Assembly: GCA_964016885.1 (NCBI GenBank)
Contig: OZ024744.1
Coordinates: forward strand, 134,850,001-134,914,000
Reading direction: 5' to 3'
Source: Eledone cirrhosa
Taxonomy: Eukaryota
Length of the DNA stretch: 64,000 bases
Part shown: one piece after another, positions 37,155 to 50,500 of the stretch
How positions within the stretch are numbered: the stretch's first letter is position 1
How the letters are laid out: every line of letters begins with the position of its first letter
Made by a program: the position numbers and the translations under genes
Notes under the pieces: generated by a model
The model's input: only the letters and a program-made list of their open reading frames with translations
The model's database searches: none
What the model was told of the DNA's origin: nothing

Positions 37155-40100
37155 AGTCGGGGTTAATTTAAGTTGGCGTTAAGTTAAGTTAGGCTTAACT
37201 TAAGTTGGGGGTAAGTTAAGTTGGGGGTAAGTTAAGTTGGGGTTAAGTTAAGTTGCGGTTAAGTTGGGGTTAAGTTAAGTTAGGGTTAAGTTAAGTTGGC
37301 GTTGAGTTAAGTTGGGGTTAATTAACTGGTGGTTATGTTAAGTTGGGGTTAATTTAAATTGGGGTGAAGTTAACTTTGTGGTTAAGTTAAGTTGGGGTTA
37401 AGTTGGGGTTGAGTTAAGTTGGGGTTGAGTGAAGTTGGGGTTAAGTTAAGTTGGGGTAAAGTTAAGTTGGGGTTAAGTTAAGTCGGGGTTAAGTTAAGTT
37501 GTGGTTGAGTTAAGTTGGGGTTAATTTAAGTTGGGGCTAAGTTAATTTGTGGTTAAGTTAAGTTGGGGTTAAGTTAAGTTGGGGTTAAGTTAAGTTGCAG
37601 TTAAGTTAAGTTGAGGTTAAGTTAAGTTGGGGTTAAGTTAAGTTGGGGTTAAGTTAAGTTGGGGCTAAGTTAAGTTGGGGCTGAGTTAAGTTGGGGCTGA
37701 GTTAAGTTGGGGTTAAGTTAAGTTGGGGTTGAGTTAAGTTGGGGTTAAGTTAAGTTGGGGCTGAGTTAAGTTGGGGCTGAGTTAAGTTGGGGTTAAGTTA
37801 AGTTGGGGTTGAGTTAAGTTGGGGTTAAGTTAAGTTGGGGTCAAGTTAAGTTGGGGTTAAGTTGGGGTTAAGTTAAGTTAGGTTTAAGTTAAGTTGGGGT
37901 TAAGTTAAGTTGGGGTTAAGTTAAGTTGGGGTTAAGTTAAGTTGGGGTTAAGTTAAGTTGGGGTTAAGTTAATTTGTGGTTAAGTTAAGTTGGGGTTAAG
38001 TTAAGTTGGGGTTAAGTTAAGTTGTGGTTAAGTTAAGTCGGGGTTAAGTTAAGTTGGGGTTAAGTTAAGTTGGGGTTAATTTAAGTTGGGGTTAAGTTAA
38101 GTTGGGGTTAAGTTAAGTTGGGGTTAAGTTAAGTTGGGGTTAAGTTAAGTTGGGGATAATTTAAGTTGGGGTTAAGTTAAGTTTGGGTTTCAGTTAAGTT
38201 GGGGTTAAGTTAAGTTGGGGTTAAGTTAAGTTGGGGTTAAGTTAAGTTGGTTAGTTAAGTTGAGTTTAAGTTAAGTTGGGGTCAATTTAAATTGGGGTTA
38301 ACTTAAGCTGGGGTTAAGTTAAGTTGGGGTTAAGTTAAGTTGGGGTTAATTTAAGTTGGGGTTAAGTTAAGTTTCGGGTAATTTAAGTTGGGGTTAAGTT
38401 AAGTTGGGGTTAAGTTAAGTTGGGGTTAAGTTAAGTTGGGGTTAAGTTAAGTTGGGGTTAAGTTAAGTTGGGGCTAATTTAAGTTGGGGCTGAGTTAAGT
38501 TGGGGTTGAGTTAAGTTGGGGTTGAGTGAAGTTGGGGTTAAGTTAAGTTGGGGTAAAGTTAAGTTGGGGTTAAGTTAAGTCGGGGTTAAGTTAAGTTGTG
38601 GTTGAGTTAAGTTGGGGTTAATTTAAGTTGGGGCTAAGTTAATTTGTGGTTAAGTTAAGTTGGGGTTAAGTTAAGTTGGGGTTAAGTTAAGTTGCAGTTA
38701 AGTTAAGTTGAGGTTAAGTTAAGTTGGGGTTAAGTTAAGTTGGGGTTAAGTTAAGTTGGGGCTAAGTTAAGTTGGGGCTAAGTTAAGTTGGGGCTAAGTT
38801 AAGTTGGGGTTAAGTTAAGTTGGGGTTAATTTAAGTTGGGGTTAAGTTAAGTTGGGGTTAAGTTAAGTTGGTGTTAAATTAAGTTGGGGCTAAGTTAAGT
38901 TGGGGCTGAGTTAAGTTGGGGCTGAGTTAAGTTGGGGTTAAGTTAAGTTGGGGTTGAGTTAAGTTGGGGTTAAGTTAAGTTGGGGTCAAGTTAAGTTGGG
39001 GTTAAGTTAAGGTGGGGTTAAGTTAAGTCGGGGTTAAGTTAAGTTGTGGTTGAGTTAAGTTGGGGTTAATTTAAGTTGGGGCTAAGTTAATTTGTGGTTA
39101 AGTTAAGTTGGGGTTAAGTTAAGTTGGGGTTAAGTTAAGTTGGGGTTGAGTTAAGTTGGGGTTGAGTTAATTTGGGGTTAAGTTAAGTTGGGGTTAAGTT
39201 AAGTTGGGTTTAAGTTAAGTTGGGGTTAAATTAAGTTGGAGTTAAATTAAGTTGGGGTTAAGTTAAGTTGGGGGTAAGTTAAGTTGGGGGCAAGTTAAGT
39301 TGGGGTTAATTTAAGTTGGGGTTAAATTAAGTTGGGGTTACGTTAAGTTGGTGTTAAGTTAAGTTGGGGTTAATTTAAGTTGGGGTTAATTAAGTTGGGG
39401 TTAAGTTAAGTTGGGGTTAAGTTAAGTTGGGGTTAATTTAAGTTGGGGTTGAGTTAAGTTGGGGTTAAGTTAAGTTGGGGTTATATTAAGTTGGGGTTAA
39501 GTTAAGTTGGGGTTCAGTTAAGTTGGGGATAAGTTAAGTTGGGGTTAAGTTAAGTTGGGGTTAATTAAGTTGGGGTTAAGTTAAGTTGGGGTTAAGTTAA
39601 GTTGGGGCTAAGTTAAGTTGGGGCTTAATTAAGTTGGGGCTGAGTTAAGTTGGGGTTAAGTTAAGTTGGGGTTGAGTTAAGTTGGGGTTAAGTTAAGTTG
39701 GGGTCAAGTTAAGTTGGGGTTAAGTTGGGGTTAAGTTAAGTTAGGTTTAAGTTAAGTTGGGGTTAAGTTAAGTTGGGGTTAAGTTAAGTTGGGGTTAAGT
39801 TAAGTTGGGGTTAAGTTAAGTTGGGGTTAAGTTAACTTGTGGTTTAGTTAAGTTGGGGTTAAGTTAAGTTGGGGTTAAGTTAAGTTGGGGTTAAGTTAAG
39901 TCGGGGTTAAGTTAAGTTGGGGTTAAGTTAAGTTGGGGTTAAGTTAAGTTGGGGTTAAGTTAAGTTGGGGTTAAGTTAAGTTGAGGATAAGTTAAGTTGG
40001 GGTTAAATTAAGTTGGGGTTAAGTTAAGTTGGGGTTAAGTTAAGTTGGGGTTAAGTTAAGTTGGGGATAAGTTAAGTTGGGGATAATTTAAGTTGGGGTT

Positions 40101-40783
40101 AAGTTAAGTTGGGTTTAAGTTAAGTTGGGGTTAAGTTAAGTTGGGGTTAAGTTAAGTTGGGGTTAAGTTAAGTTGGGGCTAAGTTAAGTTGGGGCTGAGT
40201 TAAGTTGGGGTTAATTTAAGTTGGGGTTAAGTTAAGTTGGGATTAATTTAAGTTGGGGTTTATTTAAGTTGGGGTTAAGTTAAGTTGGGGTTCAGTTAAG
40301 TTGGGGTTAAGTTAAGTTGGGGTTAAGATGGGGTTAAATTAAGTTGGGGTTAAGTTAAGTTGGGGTTAAGTTAAGTTGGGGTTAAGTTAAGTTGGGGTTA
40401 AGTTAAGTCGGGGTTAAGTTAAGTCGGGGTTAAGTTAAGTTAGGGTTCTGTTAAGTTGGGGTTAAGTTAAGTTGGGGTTGAGTTAAGTTGGGGTTGAGTT
40501 AAATTGGGGTTGAGTTAAGTTGGTGTTGAGTTAAGTTGGGGTTAAGTTAAGTTGGGGTTAAGTTAAGTTGCAGTTAAGTTAAGTTGAGGTTAAGTTAAGG
40601 TGCGGTTAAGTTAAGTTGGGGTTAAGTTAAGTTGGGGCTAAGTTAAGTTGGGGCTAAGTTAAGTTGGGGCTAAGTTAAGTCGGAGTTAAGTTAAGTTGGG
40701 GTTAAGTTAAGTTGGGGTTAATTTAAGTTGGGGTTAAGTTAAGTTGGGGTTAAGTTAAGTTGGGGTTAAGTTAAGTTGGGGTT

Positions 40784-40983
40784 AACCCCAACTTAACTTA
40801 ACCCCAACTTCACTCAACCCCAACGTAACTCAACCCCAACTTAACTTAACCCCAACTTCACTCAACCCCAACTTAACTTAACCCCAACTTCACTCAACCC
40901 CAACTTAAGTCAACCCCAACTTAACTTAACCCCAACTTGACTTAACCCCAACTTAACTTAGCCCCAACTTAACTTAAGCCCAA
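40784..40983 (-). repeat. Inverted cassette 16, haplotype C (200 bp)
   Basis: As cassette 14. Confidence 0.95.
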
Positions 40984-42126
40984 AGTCGGGGTTAAGTTAA
41001 GTTGGCGTTAAGTTAAGTTAGGCTTAACTTAAGTTGGGGGTAAGTTAAGTTGGGGGTAAGTTAAGTTGGGGTTAAGTTAAGTTGCGGTTAAGTTGGGGTT
41101 AAGTTAAGTTAGGGTTAAGTTAAGTTGGCGTTGAGTTAAGTTGGGGTTAATTAAGTGGTGGTTATGTTAAGTTGGGGTTAATTTAAATTGGGGTGAAGTT
41201 AACTTTGTGGTTAAGTTAAGTAGGGGTTAAGTTAAGTTGGGGTTAAGTTGGGGTTGAGTTAAGTTGGGGTTGAGTGAAGTTGGGGTTAAGTTAAGTTGGG
41301 GTAAAGTTAAGTTGGGGTTAAGTTAAGTCGGGGTTAAGTTAAGTTGTGGTTGAGTTAAGTTGGGGTTAATTTAAGTTGGGGCTAAGTTAATTTGTGGTTA
41401 AGTTAAGTTGCAGTTAAGTTAAGTTGAGGTTAAGTTAAGTTGGGGTTAAGTTAGGTTGGGGTTAAGTTAAGTTGGGGTTCAGTTAAGTTGGGGTTAAGTT
41501 AAGTTGGGGTTAAGATGGGGTTAAATTAAGTTGGGGTTAAGTTAATTTGGGGTTAAGTTAAGTTGGGGTTAAGTTAAGTCGGGGTTAAGTTAAGTCGGGG
41601 TTAAGTTAAGTCGGGGTTAAGTTAAGTTAGGGTTCAGTTAAGTTGGGGTTAAGTTAAGTTGGGGTTGAGTTAAGTTGGGGTTGAGTTAAATTGGGGTTGA
41701 GTTAAGTTGGGGTTGAGTTAAGTTGGTGTTGAGTTAAGTTGCAGTTAAGTTAAGTTGAGGTTAAGTTAAGGTGCGGTTAAATTAAGTTGGGGTTAAGTTA
41801 AGTTGGGGCTAAGTTAAGTTGGGGCTAAGTTAAGTTGGGGCTAAGTTAAGTTGGGGTTACGTTACGTTGGGGTTAAGTTAAGTTGGGGTTAATTTAAGTT
41901 GGGGTTAAGTTAAGTGGGGTTAAGTTAAGTTGGGGTTAAGTTAAGTTGGGGTTAAGTTAAGTTGGGTTTAAGTTAAGTTGGGGTTAAGTTAAGTTGGGGT
42001 CAAGTTAAGTTGGGGTTAAGTTAAGTTGGTTAGTTAAGTTGAGTTTAAGTTAAGTTGGGGTTAATTTAAGTTGGGGTTAAGTTAAGTTGGGGTTAAGTTA
42101 AGTTGGGGTTAAGTTAAGTTGGGGTT

Positions 42127-42337
42127 AACCCCAACTTAACTTAACCCCAACTTAACTTAACCCCAACTTCACTCAACCCCAACGTAACTCAACCCCAACT
42201 TAACTTAACCCAACTTCACTCAACCCCAACTTAACTTAACCCCAACTTCACTCAACCCCAACTTAAGTCAACCCCAACTTAACTTAACCCCAACTTGACT
42301 TAACCCCAACTTAAGCCCCAACTTAACTTAAGCCCAA
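42127..42337 (-). repeat. Inverted cassette 17, haplotype D (211 bp)
   Basis: As cassette 15. Confidence 0.95.
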
Positions 42338-44385
42338 AGTCGGGGTTAATTTAAGTTGGCGTTAAGTTAAGTTAGGCTTAACTTAAGTTGGGGGTAAGTT
42401 AAGTTGGGGGTAAGTTAAGTTGGGGTTAAGTTAAGTTGCGGTTAAGTTGGGGTTAAGTTAAGTTAGGGTTAAGTTAAGTTGGCGTTGAGTTAAGTTGGGG
42501 TTAATTAAGTGGTGGTTATGTTAAGTTGGGGTTAATTTAAATTGGGGTGAAGTTAACTTTGTGGTTAAGTTAAGTTGGGGTTAAGTTGGGGTTGAGTTAA
42601 GTTGGGGTTGAGTGAAGTTGGGGTTAAGTTAAGTTGGGGTAAAGTTAAGTTGGGGTTAAGTTAAGTCGGGGTTAAGTTAAGTTGTGGTTGAGTTAAGTTG
42701 GGGTTAATTTAAGTTGGGGCTAAGTTAATTTGTGGTTAAGTTAAGTTGGGGTTAAGTTAAGTTGGGGTTAAGTTAAGTTGGGGTTAAGTTAAGTTGCAGT
42801 TAAGTTAAGTTGAGGTTAAGTTAAGTTGGGGTTAAATTAAGTTGGGGTTAAGTTAAGTTGGGGCTAAGTTAAGTTGGGGTTAAGTTAAGTTGGGGTTAAG
42901 TTAAGTTGGGGTTAAGTTAAGTTGGGGTTAAGTTAAGTTGGGGCTAAGTTAAGTTGGGGCTGAGTTAAGTTGGGGCTGAGTTAAGTTGGGGTTAAGTTAA
43001 GTTGGGGTTGAGTTAAGTTGGGGTTAAGTTAAGTTGGGGTCAAGTTAAGTTGGGGTTAAGTTGGGGTTAAGTTAAGTTAGGTTTAAGTTAAGTTGGGGTT
43101 AAGTTAAGTTGGGGTTAATTTAAGTTGGGGTTAAGTTAAGTTGGGGTTAAGTTAAGTTGGGGTTAAGTTAATTTGTGGTTAAGTTAAGTTGGGGTTAAGT
43201 TAAGTTGGGGTTAAGTTAAGTTGTGGTTAAGTTAAGTCGGGGTTAAGTTAAGTTGGGGTTAAGTTAAGTTGGGGTTAATTTAAGTTGGGGTTAAGTTAAG
43301 TTGGGGTTAAGTTAAGTTGGGGTTAAGTTAAGTTGGGGTTAAGTTAAGTTGGGGATAATTTAAGTTGGGGTTAAGTTAAGTTTGGGTTTCAGTTAAGTTG
43401 GGGTTAAGTTAAGTTGGGGTTAAGTTAAGTTGGGGTTAAGTTAAGTTGGTTAGTTAAGTTGAGTTTAAGTTAAGTTGGGGTTAATTTAAATTGGGGTTAA
43501 CTTAAGCTGGGGTTAAGTTAAGTTGGGGTAAAGTTAAGTTGGGGTTAAGTTAAGTCGGGGTTAAGTTAAGTTGTGGTTGAGTTAAGTTGGGGTTAATTTA
43601 AGTTGGGGCTAAGTTAATTTGTGGTTAAGTTAAGTTGCAGTTAAGTTAAGTTGAGGTTAAGTTAAGTTGGGGTTAAGTTAGGTTGGGGTTAAGTTAAGTT
43701 GGGGTTCAGTTAAGTTGGGGTTAAGTTAAGTTGGGGTTAAGATGGGGTTAAATTAAGTTGGGGTTAAGTTAATTTGGGGTTAAGTTAAGTTGGGGTTAAG
43801 TTAGGTCGGGGTTAAGTTAAGTCGGGGTTAAGTTAAGTCGGGGTTAAGTTAAGTTAGGGTTCAGTTAAGTTGGGGTTAAGTTAAGTTGGGGTTGAGTTAA
43901 GTTGGGGTTGAGTTAAATTGGGGTTGAGTTAAGTTGGGGTTGAGTTAAGTTGGTGTTGAGTTAAGTTGGGGTTAAGTTAAGGTGGGGTTAAGTTAAGTTG
44001 CAGTTAAGTTAAGTTGAGGTTAAGTTAAGGTGCGGTTAAATTAAGTTGGGGTTAAGTTAAGTTGGGGCTAAGTTAAGTTGGGGCTAAGTTAAGTTGGGGC
44101 TAAGTTAAGTTGGGGTTACGTTACGTTGGGGTTAAGTTAAGTTGGGGTTAATTTAAGTTGGGGTTAAGTTAAGTGGGGTTAAGTTAAGTTGGGGTTAAGT
44201 TAAGTTGGGGTTAAGTTAAGTTGGGTTTAAGTTAAGTTGGGGTTAAGTTAAGTTGGGGTCAAGTTAAGTTGGGGTTAAGTTAAGTTGGTTAGTTAAGTTG
44301 AGTTTAAGTTAAGTTGGGGTTAATTTAAGTTGGGGTTAAGTTAAGTTGGGGTTAAGTTAAGTTGGGGTTAAGTTAAGTTGGGGTT

Positions 44386-44596
44386 AACCCCAACTTAACT
44401 TAACCCCAACTTAACTTAACCCCAACTTCACTCAACCCCAACGTAACTCAACCCCAACTTAACTTAACCCAACTTCACTCAACCCCAACTTAACTTAACC
44501 CCAACTTCACTCAACCCCAACTTAAGTCAACCCCAACTTAACTTAACCCCAACTTGACTTAACCCCAACTTAAGCCCCAACTTAACTTAAGCCCAA
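44386..44596 (-). repeat. Inverted cassette 18, haplotype D (211 bp)
   Basis: As cassette 15. Confidence 0.95.
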
Positions 44597-47500
44597 AGTC
44601 GGGGTTAATTTAAGTTGGCGTTAAGTTAAGTTAGGCTTAACTTAAGTTGGGGGTAAGTTAAGTTGGGGGTAAGTTAAGTTGGGGTTAAGTTAAGTTGCGG
44701 TTAAGTTGGGGTTAAGTTAAGTTAGGGTTAAGTTAAGTTGGCGTTGAGTTAAGTTGGGGTTAATTAAGTGGTGGTTATGTTAAGTTGGGGTTAATTTAAA
44801 TTGGGGTGAAGTTAACTTTGTGGTTAAGTTAAGTTGGGGTTAAGTTGGGGTTGAGTTAAGTTGGGGTTGAGTGAAGTTGGGGTTAAGTTAAGTTGGGGTA
44901 AAGTTAAGTTGGGGTTAAGTTAAGTCGGGGTTAAGTTAAGTTGTGGTTGAGTTAAGTTGGGGTTAATTTAAGTTGGGGCTAAGTTAATTTGTGGTTAAGT
45001 TAAGTTGGGGTTAAGTTAAGTTGGGGTTAAGTTAAGTTGGGGTTAAGTTAAGTTGCAGTTAAGTTAAGTTGAGGTTAAGTTAAGTTGGGGTTAAATTAAG
45101 TTGGGGTTAAGTTAAGTTGGGGCTAAGTTAAGTTGGGGTTAAGTTAAGTTGGGGTTAAGTTAAGTTGGGGTTAAGTTAAGTTGGGGTTAAGTTAAGTTGG
45201 GGCTAAGTTAAGTTGGGGCTGAGTTAAGTTGGGGCTGAGTTAAGTTGGGGTTAAGTTAAGTTGGGGTTGAGTTAAGTTGGGGTTAAGTTAAGTTGGGGTC
45301 AAGTTAAGTTGGGGTTAGTTGGGGTTAAGTTAAGTTAGGTTTAAGTTAAGTTGGGGTTAAGTTAAGTTGGGGTTAATTTAAGTTGGGGTTAAGTTAAGTT
45401 GGGGTTAAGTTAAGTTGGGGTTAAGTTAATTTGTGGTTAAGTTAAGTTGGGGTTAAGTTAAGTTGGGGTTAAGTTAAGTTGTGGTTAAGTTAAGTCGGGG
45501 TTAAGTTAAGTTGGGGTTAAGTTAAGTTGGGGTTAATTTAAGTTGGGGTTAAGTTAAGTTTGGGTTTCAGTTAAGTTGGGGTTAAGTTAAGTTGGGGTTA
45601 AGTTAAGTTGGGGTTAAGTTAAGTTGGTTAGTTAAGTTGAGTTTAAGTTAAGTTGGGGTTAATTTAAATTGGGGTTAACTTAAGCTGGGGTTAAGTTAAG
45701 TTGGGGTTAAGTTAAGTTGGGGTTAATTTAAGTTGGGGTTAAGTTAAGTTTCGGGTAATTTAAGTTGGGGTTAAGTTAAGTTGGGGTTAAGTTAAGTTGG
45801 GGTTAAGTTAAGTTGGGGTTAAGTTAAGTTGGGGTTAAGTTAAGTTGGGGCTAATTTAAGTTGGGGCTGAGTTAAGTTGGGGTTGAGTTAAGTTGGGGTT
45901 GAGTGAAGTTGGGGTTAAGTTAAGTTGGGGTAAAGTTAAGTTGGGGTTAAGTTAAGTCGGGGTTAAGTTAAGTTGTGGTTGAGTTAAGTTGGGGTTAATT
46001 TAAGTTGGGGCTAAGTTAATTTGTGGTTAAGTTAAGTTGGGGTTAAGTTAAGTTGGGGTTAAGTTAAGTTGCAGTTAAGTTAAGTTGAGGTTAAGTTAAG
46101 TTGGGGTTAAGTTAAGTTGGGGTTAAGTTAAGTTGGGGCTAAGTTAAGTTGGGGCTAAGTTAAGTTGGGGCTAAGTTAAGTTGGGGTTAAGTTAAGTTGG
46201 GGTTAAGTTAAGTTGGGGTTAATTTAAGTTGGGGTTAAGTTAAGTTGGGGTTAAGTTAAGTTGGTGTTAAATTAAGTTGGGGCTAAGTTAAGTTGGGGCT
46301 GAGTTAAGTTGGGGCTGAGTTAAGTTGGGGTTAAGTTAAGTTGGGGTTGAGTTAAGTTGGGGTTAAGTTAAGTTGGGGTCAAGTTAAGTTGGGGTTAAGT
46401 TAAGGTGGGGTTAAGTTAAGTCGGGGTTAAGTTAAGTTGTGGTTGAGTTAAGTTGGGGTTAATTTAAGTTGGGGCTAAGTTAATTTGTGGTTAAGTTAAG
46501 TTGGGGTTAAGTTAAGTTGGGGTTAAGTTAAGTTGGGGTTGAGTTAAGTTGGGGTTGAGTTAATTTGGGGTTAAGTTAAGTTGGGGTTAAGTTAAGTTGG
46601 GTTTAAGTTAAGTTGGGGTTAAATTAAGTTGGAGTTAAATTAAGTTGGGGTTAAGTTAAGTTGGGGGTAAGTTAAGTTGGGGGCAAGTTAAGTTGGGGTT
46701 AATTTAAGTTGGGGTTAAATTAAGTTGGGGTTACGTTAAGTTGGTGTTAAGTTAAGTTGGGGTTAATTTAAGTTGGGGTTAATTAAGTTGGGGTTAAGTT
46801 AAGTTGGGGTTAAGTTAAGTTGGGGTTAATTTAAGTTGGGGTTGAGTTAAGTTGGGGTTAAGTTAAGTTGGGGTTATATTAAGTTGGGGTTAAGTTAAGT
46901 TGGGGTTCAGTTAAGTTGGGGATAAGTTAAGTTGGGGTTAAGTTAAGTTGGGGTTAATTAAGTTGGGGTTAAGTTAAGTTGGGGTTAAGTTAAGTTGGGG
47001 CTAAGTTAAGTTGGGGCTTAATTAAGTTGGGGCTGAGTTAAGTTGGGGTTAAGTTAAGTTGGGGTTGAGTTAAGTTGGGGTTAAGTTAAGTTGGGGTCAA
47101 GTTAAGTTGGGGTTAAGTTGGGGTTAAGTTAAGTTAGGTTTAAGTTAAGTTGGGGTTAAGTTAAGTTGGGGTTAAGTTAAGTTGGGGTTAAGTTAAGTTG
47201 GGGTTAAGTTAAGTTGGGGTTAAGTTAATTTGTGGTTTAGTTAAGTTGGGGTTAAGTTAAGTTGGGGTTAAGTTAAGTTGGGGTTAAGTTAAGTCGGGTT
47301 TAAGTTAAGTTGGGGTTAAGTTAAGTTGGGGTTAAGTTAAGTTGGGGTTAAGTTAAGTTGGGGTTAAGTTAAGTTGGGGTTAAGTTAAGTTGAGGTTAAG
47401 TTAAGTTGGGGTTAAATTAAGTTGGGGTTAAGTTAAGTTGGGGTTAAGTTAAGTTGGGGTTAAGTTAAGTTGGGGATAAGTTAAGTTGGGGATAATTTAA

Positions 47501-50500
47501 GTTGGGGTTAAGTTAAGTTGGGGTTTAAGTTAAGTTGGGGTTAAGTTAAGTTGGGGTTAAGTTAAGTTGGGGTTAAGTTAAGTTGGGGCTAAGTTAAGTT
47601 GGGGCTGAGTTAAGTTGGGGTTAATTTAAGTTGGGGTTAAGTTAAGTTAGGGTTCAGTTAAGTTGGGGTTAAGTTAAGTTGGGGTTGAGTTAAGTTGGGG
47701 TTGAGTTAAATTGGGGTTGAGTTAAGTTGGGGTTGAGTTAAGTTGGTGTTGAGTTAAGTTGGGGTTAAGTTAAGTTGGGGTTAAGTTAAGTTGCAGTTAA
47801 GTTAAGTTGAGGTTAAGTTAAGGTGGGGTTAAGTTAAGTCGGGGTTAAGTTAAGTTGTGGTTGAGTTAAGTTGGGGTTAATTTAAGTTGGGGCTAAGTTA
47901 ATTTATGGTTAAGTTAAGTTGGGGTTAAGTTAAGTTGGGGTTAAGTTAAGTTGGGGTTGAGTTAAGTTGGGGTTGAGTTAATTTGGGGTTAAGTTAAGTT
48001 GGGGTTAAGTTAAGTTGGGTTTAAGTTAAGTTGGGGTTAAATTAAGTTGGAGTTAAATTAAGTTGGGGTTAAGTTAAGTTGGGGGTAAGTTAAGTTGGGG
48101 GCAAGTTAAGTTGGGGTTAATTTAAGTTGGGGTTAAATTAAGTTGGGGTTACGTTAAGTTGGTGTTAAGTTAAGTTGGGGTTAATTTAAGTTGGGGTTAA
48201 TTAAGTTGGGGTTAAGTTAAGTTGGGGTTAAGTTAAGTTGGGGTTAATTTAAGTTGGGGTTGAGTTAAGTTGGGGTTAAGTTAAGTTGGGGTTATATTAA
48301 GTTGGGGTTAAGTTAAGTTGGGGTTCAGTTAAGTTGGGGATAAGTTAAGTTGGGGTTAAGTTAAGTTGGGGTTAATTAAGTTGGGGTTAAGTTAAGTTGG
48401 GGTTAAGTTAAGTTGGGGCTAAGTTAAGTTGGGGCTTAATTAAGTTGGGGCTGAGTTAAGTTGGGGTTAAGTTAAGTTGGGGTTGAGTTAAGTTGGGGTT
48501 AATTTAAGTTGGGGTTGAGTTAAGTTGGGGTTAAGTTAAGTTGGGGTTATATTAAGTTGGGGTTAAGTTAAGTTGGGGTTCAGTTAAGTTGGGGATAAGT
48601 TAAGTTGGGGTTAAGTTAAGTTGGGGTTAATTAAGTTGGGGTTAAGTTAAGTTGGGGTTAAGTTAAGTTGGGGCTAAGTTAAGTTGGGGCTTAATTAAGT
48701 TGGGGCTGAGTTAAGTTGGGGTTAAGTTAAGTTGGGGTTGAGTTAAGTTGGGGTTAAGTTAAGTTGGGGTCAAGTTAAGTTGGGGTTAAGTTGGGGTTAA
48801 GTTAAGTTAGGTTTAAGTTAAGTTGGGGTTAAGTTAAGTTGGGGTTAAGTTGGGGTTAAGTTAAGTTGGGGTTAAGTTAAGTTGGGGTTAAGTTAATTTG
48901 TGGTTTAGTTAAGTTGGGGTTAAGTTAAGTTGGGGTTAAGTTAAGTTGGGGTTAAGTTAAGTCGGGTTTAAGTTAAGTTGGGGTTAAGTTAAGTTGGGGT
49001 TAAGTTAAGTTGGGGTTAAGTTAAGTTGGGGTTAAGTTAAGTTGGGGTTAAGTTAAGTTGAGGTTAAGTTAAGTTGGGGATAAATTAAGTTGGGGTTAAG
49101 TTAAGTTGGGGTTAAGTTAAGTTGGGGTTAAGTTAAGTTGGGGATAAGTTAAGTTGGGGATAATTTAAGTTGGGGTTAAGTTAAGTTGGGTTTAAGTTAA
49201 GTTGGGGTTAAGTTAAGTTGGGGTTAAGTTAAGTTGGGGTTAAGTTAAGTTGGGGCTAAGTTAAGTTGGGGCTGAGTTAAGTTGGGGTTAATTTAAGTTG
49301 GGGTTAAGTTAAGTTAGGGTTCAGTTAAGTTGGGGTTAAGTTAAGTTGGGGTTGAGTTAAGTTGGGGTTGAGTTAAATTGGGGTTGAGTTAAGTTGGGGT
49401 TGAGTTAAGTTGGTGTTGAGTTAAGTTGGGGTTAAGTTAAGTTGGGGTTAAGTTAAGTTGCAGTTAAGTTAAGTTGAGGTTAAGTTAAGGTGGGGTTAAG
49501 TTAAGTCGGGGTTAAGTTAAGTTGTGGTTGAGTTAAGTTGGGGTTAATTTAAGTTGGGGCTAAGTTAATTTGTGGTTAAGTTAAGTTGGGGTTAAGTTAA
49601 GTTGGGGTTAAGTTAAGTTGGGGTTGAGTTAAGTTGGGGTTGAGTTAATTTGGGGTTAAGTTAAGTTGGGGTTAAGTTAAGTTGGGTTTAAGTTAAGTTG
49701 GGGTTAAATTAAGTTGGAGTTAAATTAAGTTGGGGTTAAGTTAAGTTGGGGTTAAGTTAAGTTGGGGGCAAGTTAAGTTGGGGTTAATTTAAGTTGGGGT
49801 TAAATTAAGTTGGGGTTACGTTAAGTTGGTGTTAAGTTAAGTTGGGGTTAATTTAAGTTGGGGTTAATTAAGTTGGGGTTAAGTTAAGTTGGGGTTAAGT
49901 TAAGTTGGGGTTAATTTAAGTTGGGGTTGAGTTAAGTTGGGGTTAAGTTAAGTTGGGGTTATATTAAGTTGGGGTTAAGTTAAGTTGGGGTTCAGTTAAG
50001 TTGGGGATAAGTTAAGTTGGGGTTAAGTTAAGTTGGGGTTAATTAAGTTGGGGTTAAGTTAAGTTGGGGTTAAGTTAAGTTGGGGCTAAGTTAAGTTGGG
50101 GCTTAATTAAGTTGGGGCTGAGTTAAGTTGGGGTTAAGTTAAGTTGGGGTTGAGTTAAGTTGGGGTTAAGTTAAGTTGGGGTCAAGTTAAGTTGGGGTTA
50201 AGTTGGGGTTAAGTTAAGTTAGGTTTAAGTTAAGTTGGGGTTAAGTTAAGTTGGGGTTAAGTTAAGTTGGGGTTAAGTTAAGTTGGGGTTAAGTTAAGTT
50301 GGGGTTAAGTTAATTTGTGGTTTAGTTAAGTTGGGGTTAAGTTAAGTTGGGGTTAAGTTAAGTTGGGGTTAAGTTAAGTCGGGGTTAAGTTAAGTTGGGG
50401 TTAAGTTAAGTTGGGGTTAAGTTAAGTTGGGGTTAAGTTAAGTTGGGGTTAAGTTAAGTTGGGGTTAAGTTAAGTTGAGGTTAAGTTAAGTTGGGGTTAA

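Larger units (their letters stand above)
33800..43500 (+). repeat. ~5.2-kb higher-order duplication carrying a C+D cassette pair
   Basis: Offsets: 34421/39620 (5199), cassettes C 35569/40784 (5215), cassettes D 36944/42127 (5183). All differ by multiples of 16. Boundaries approximate. Confidence 0.8.
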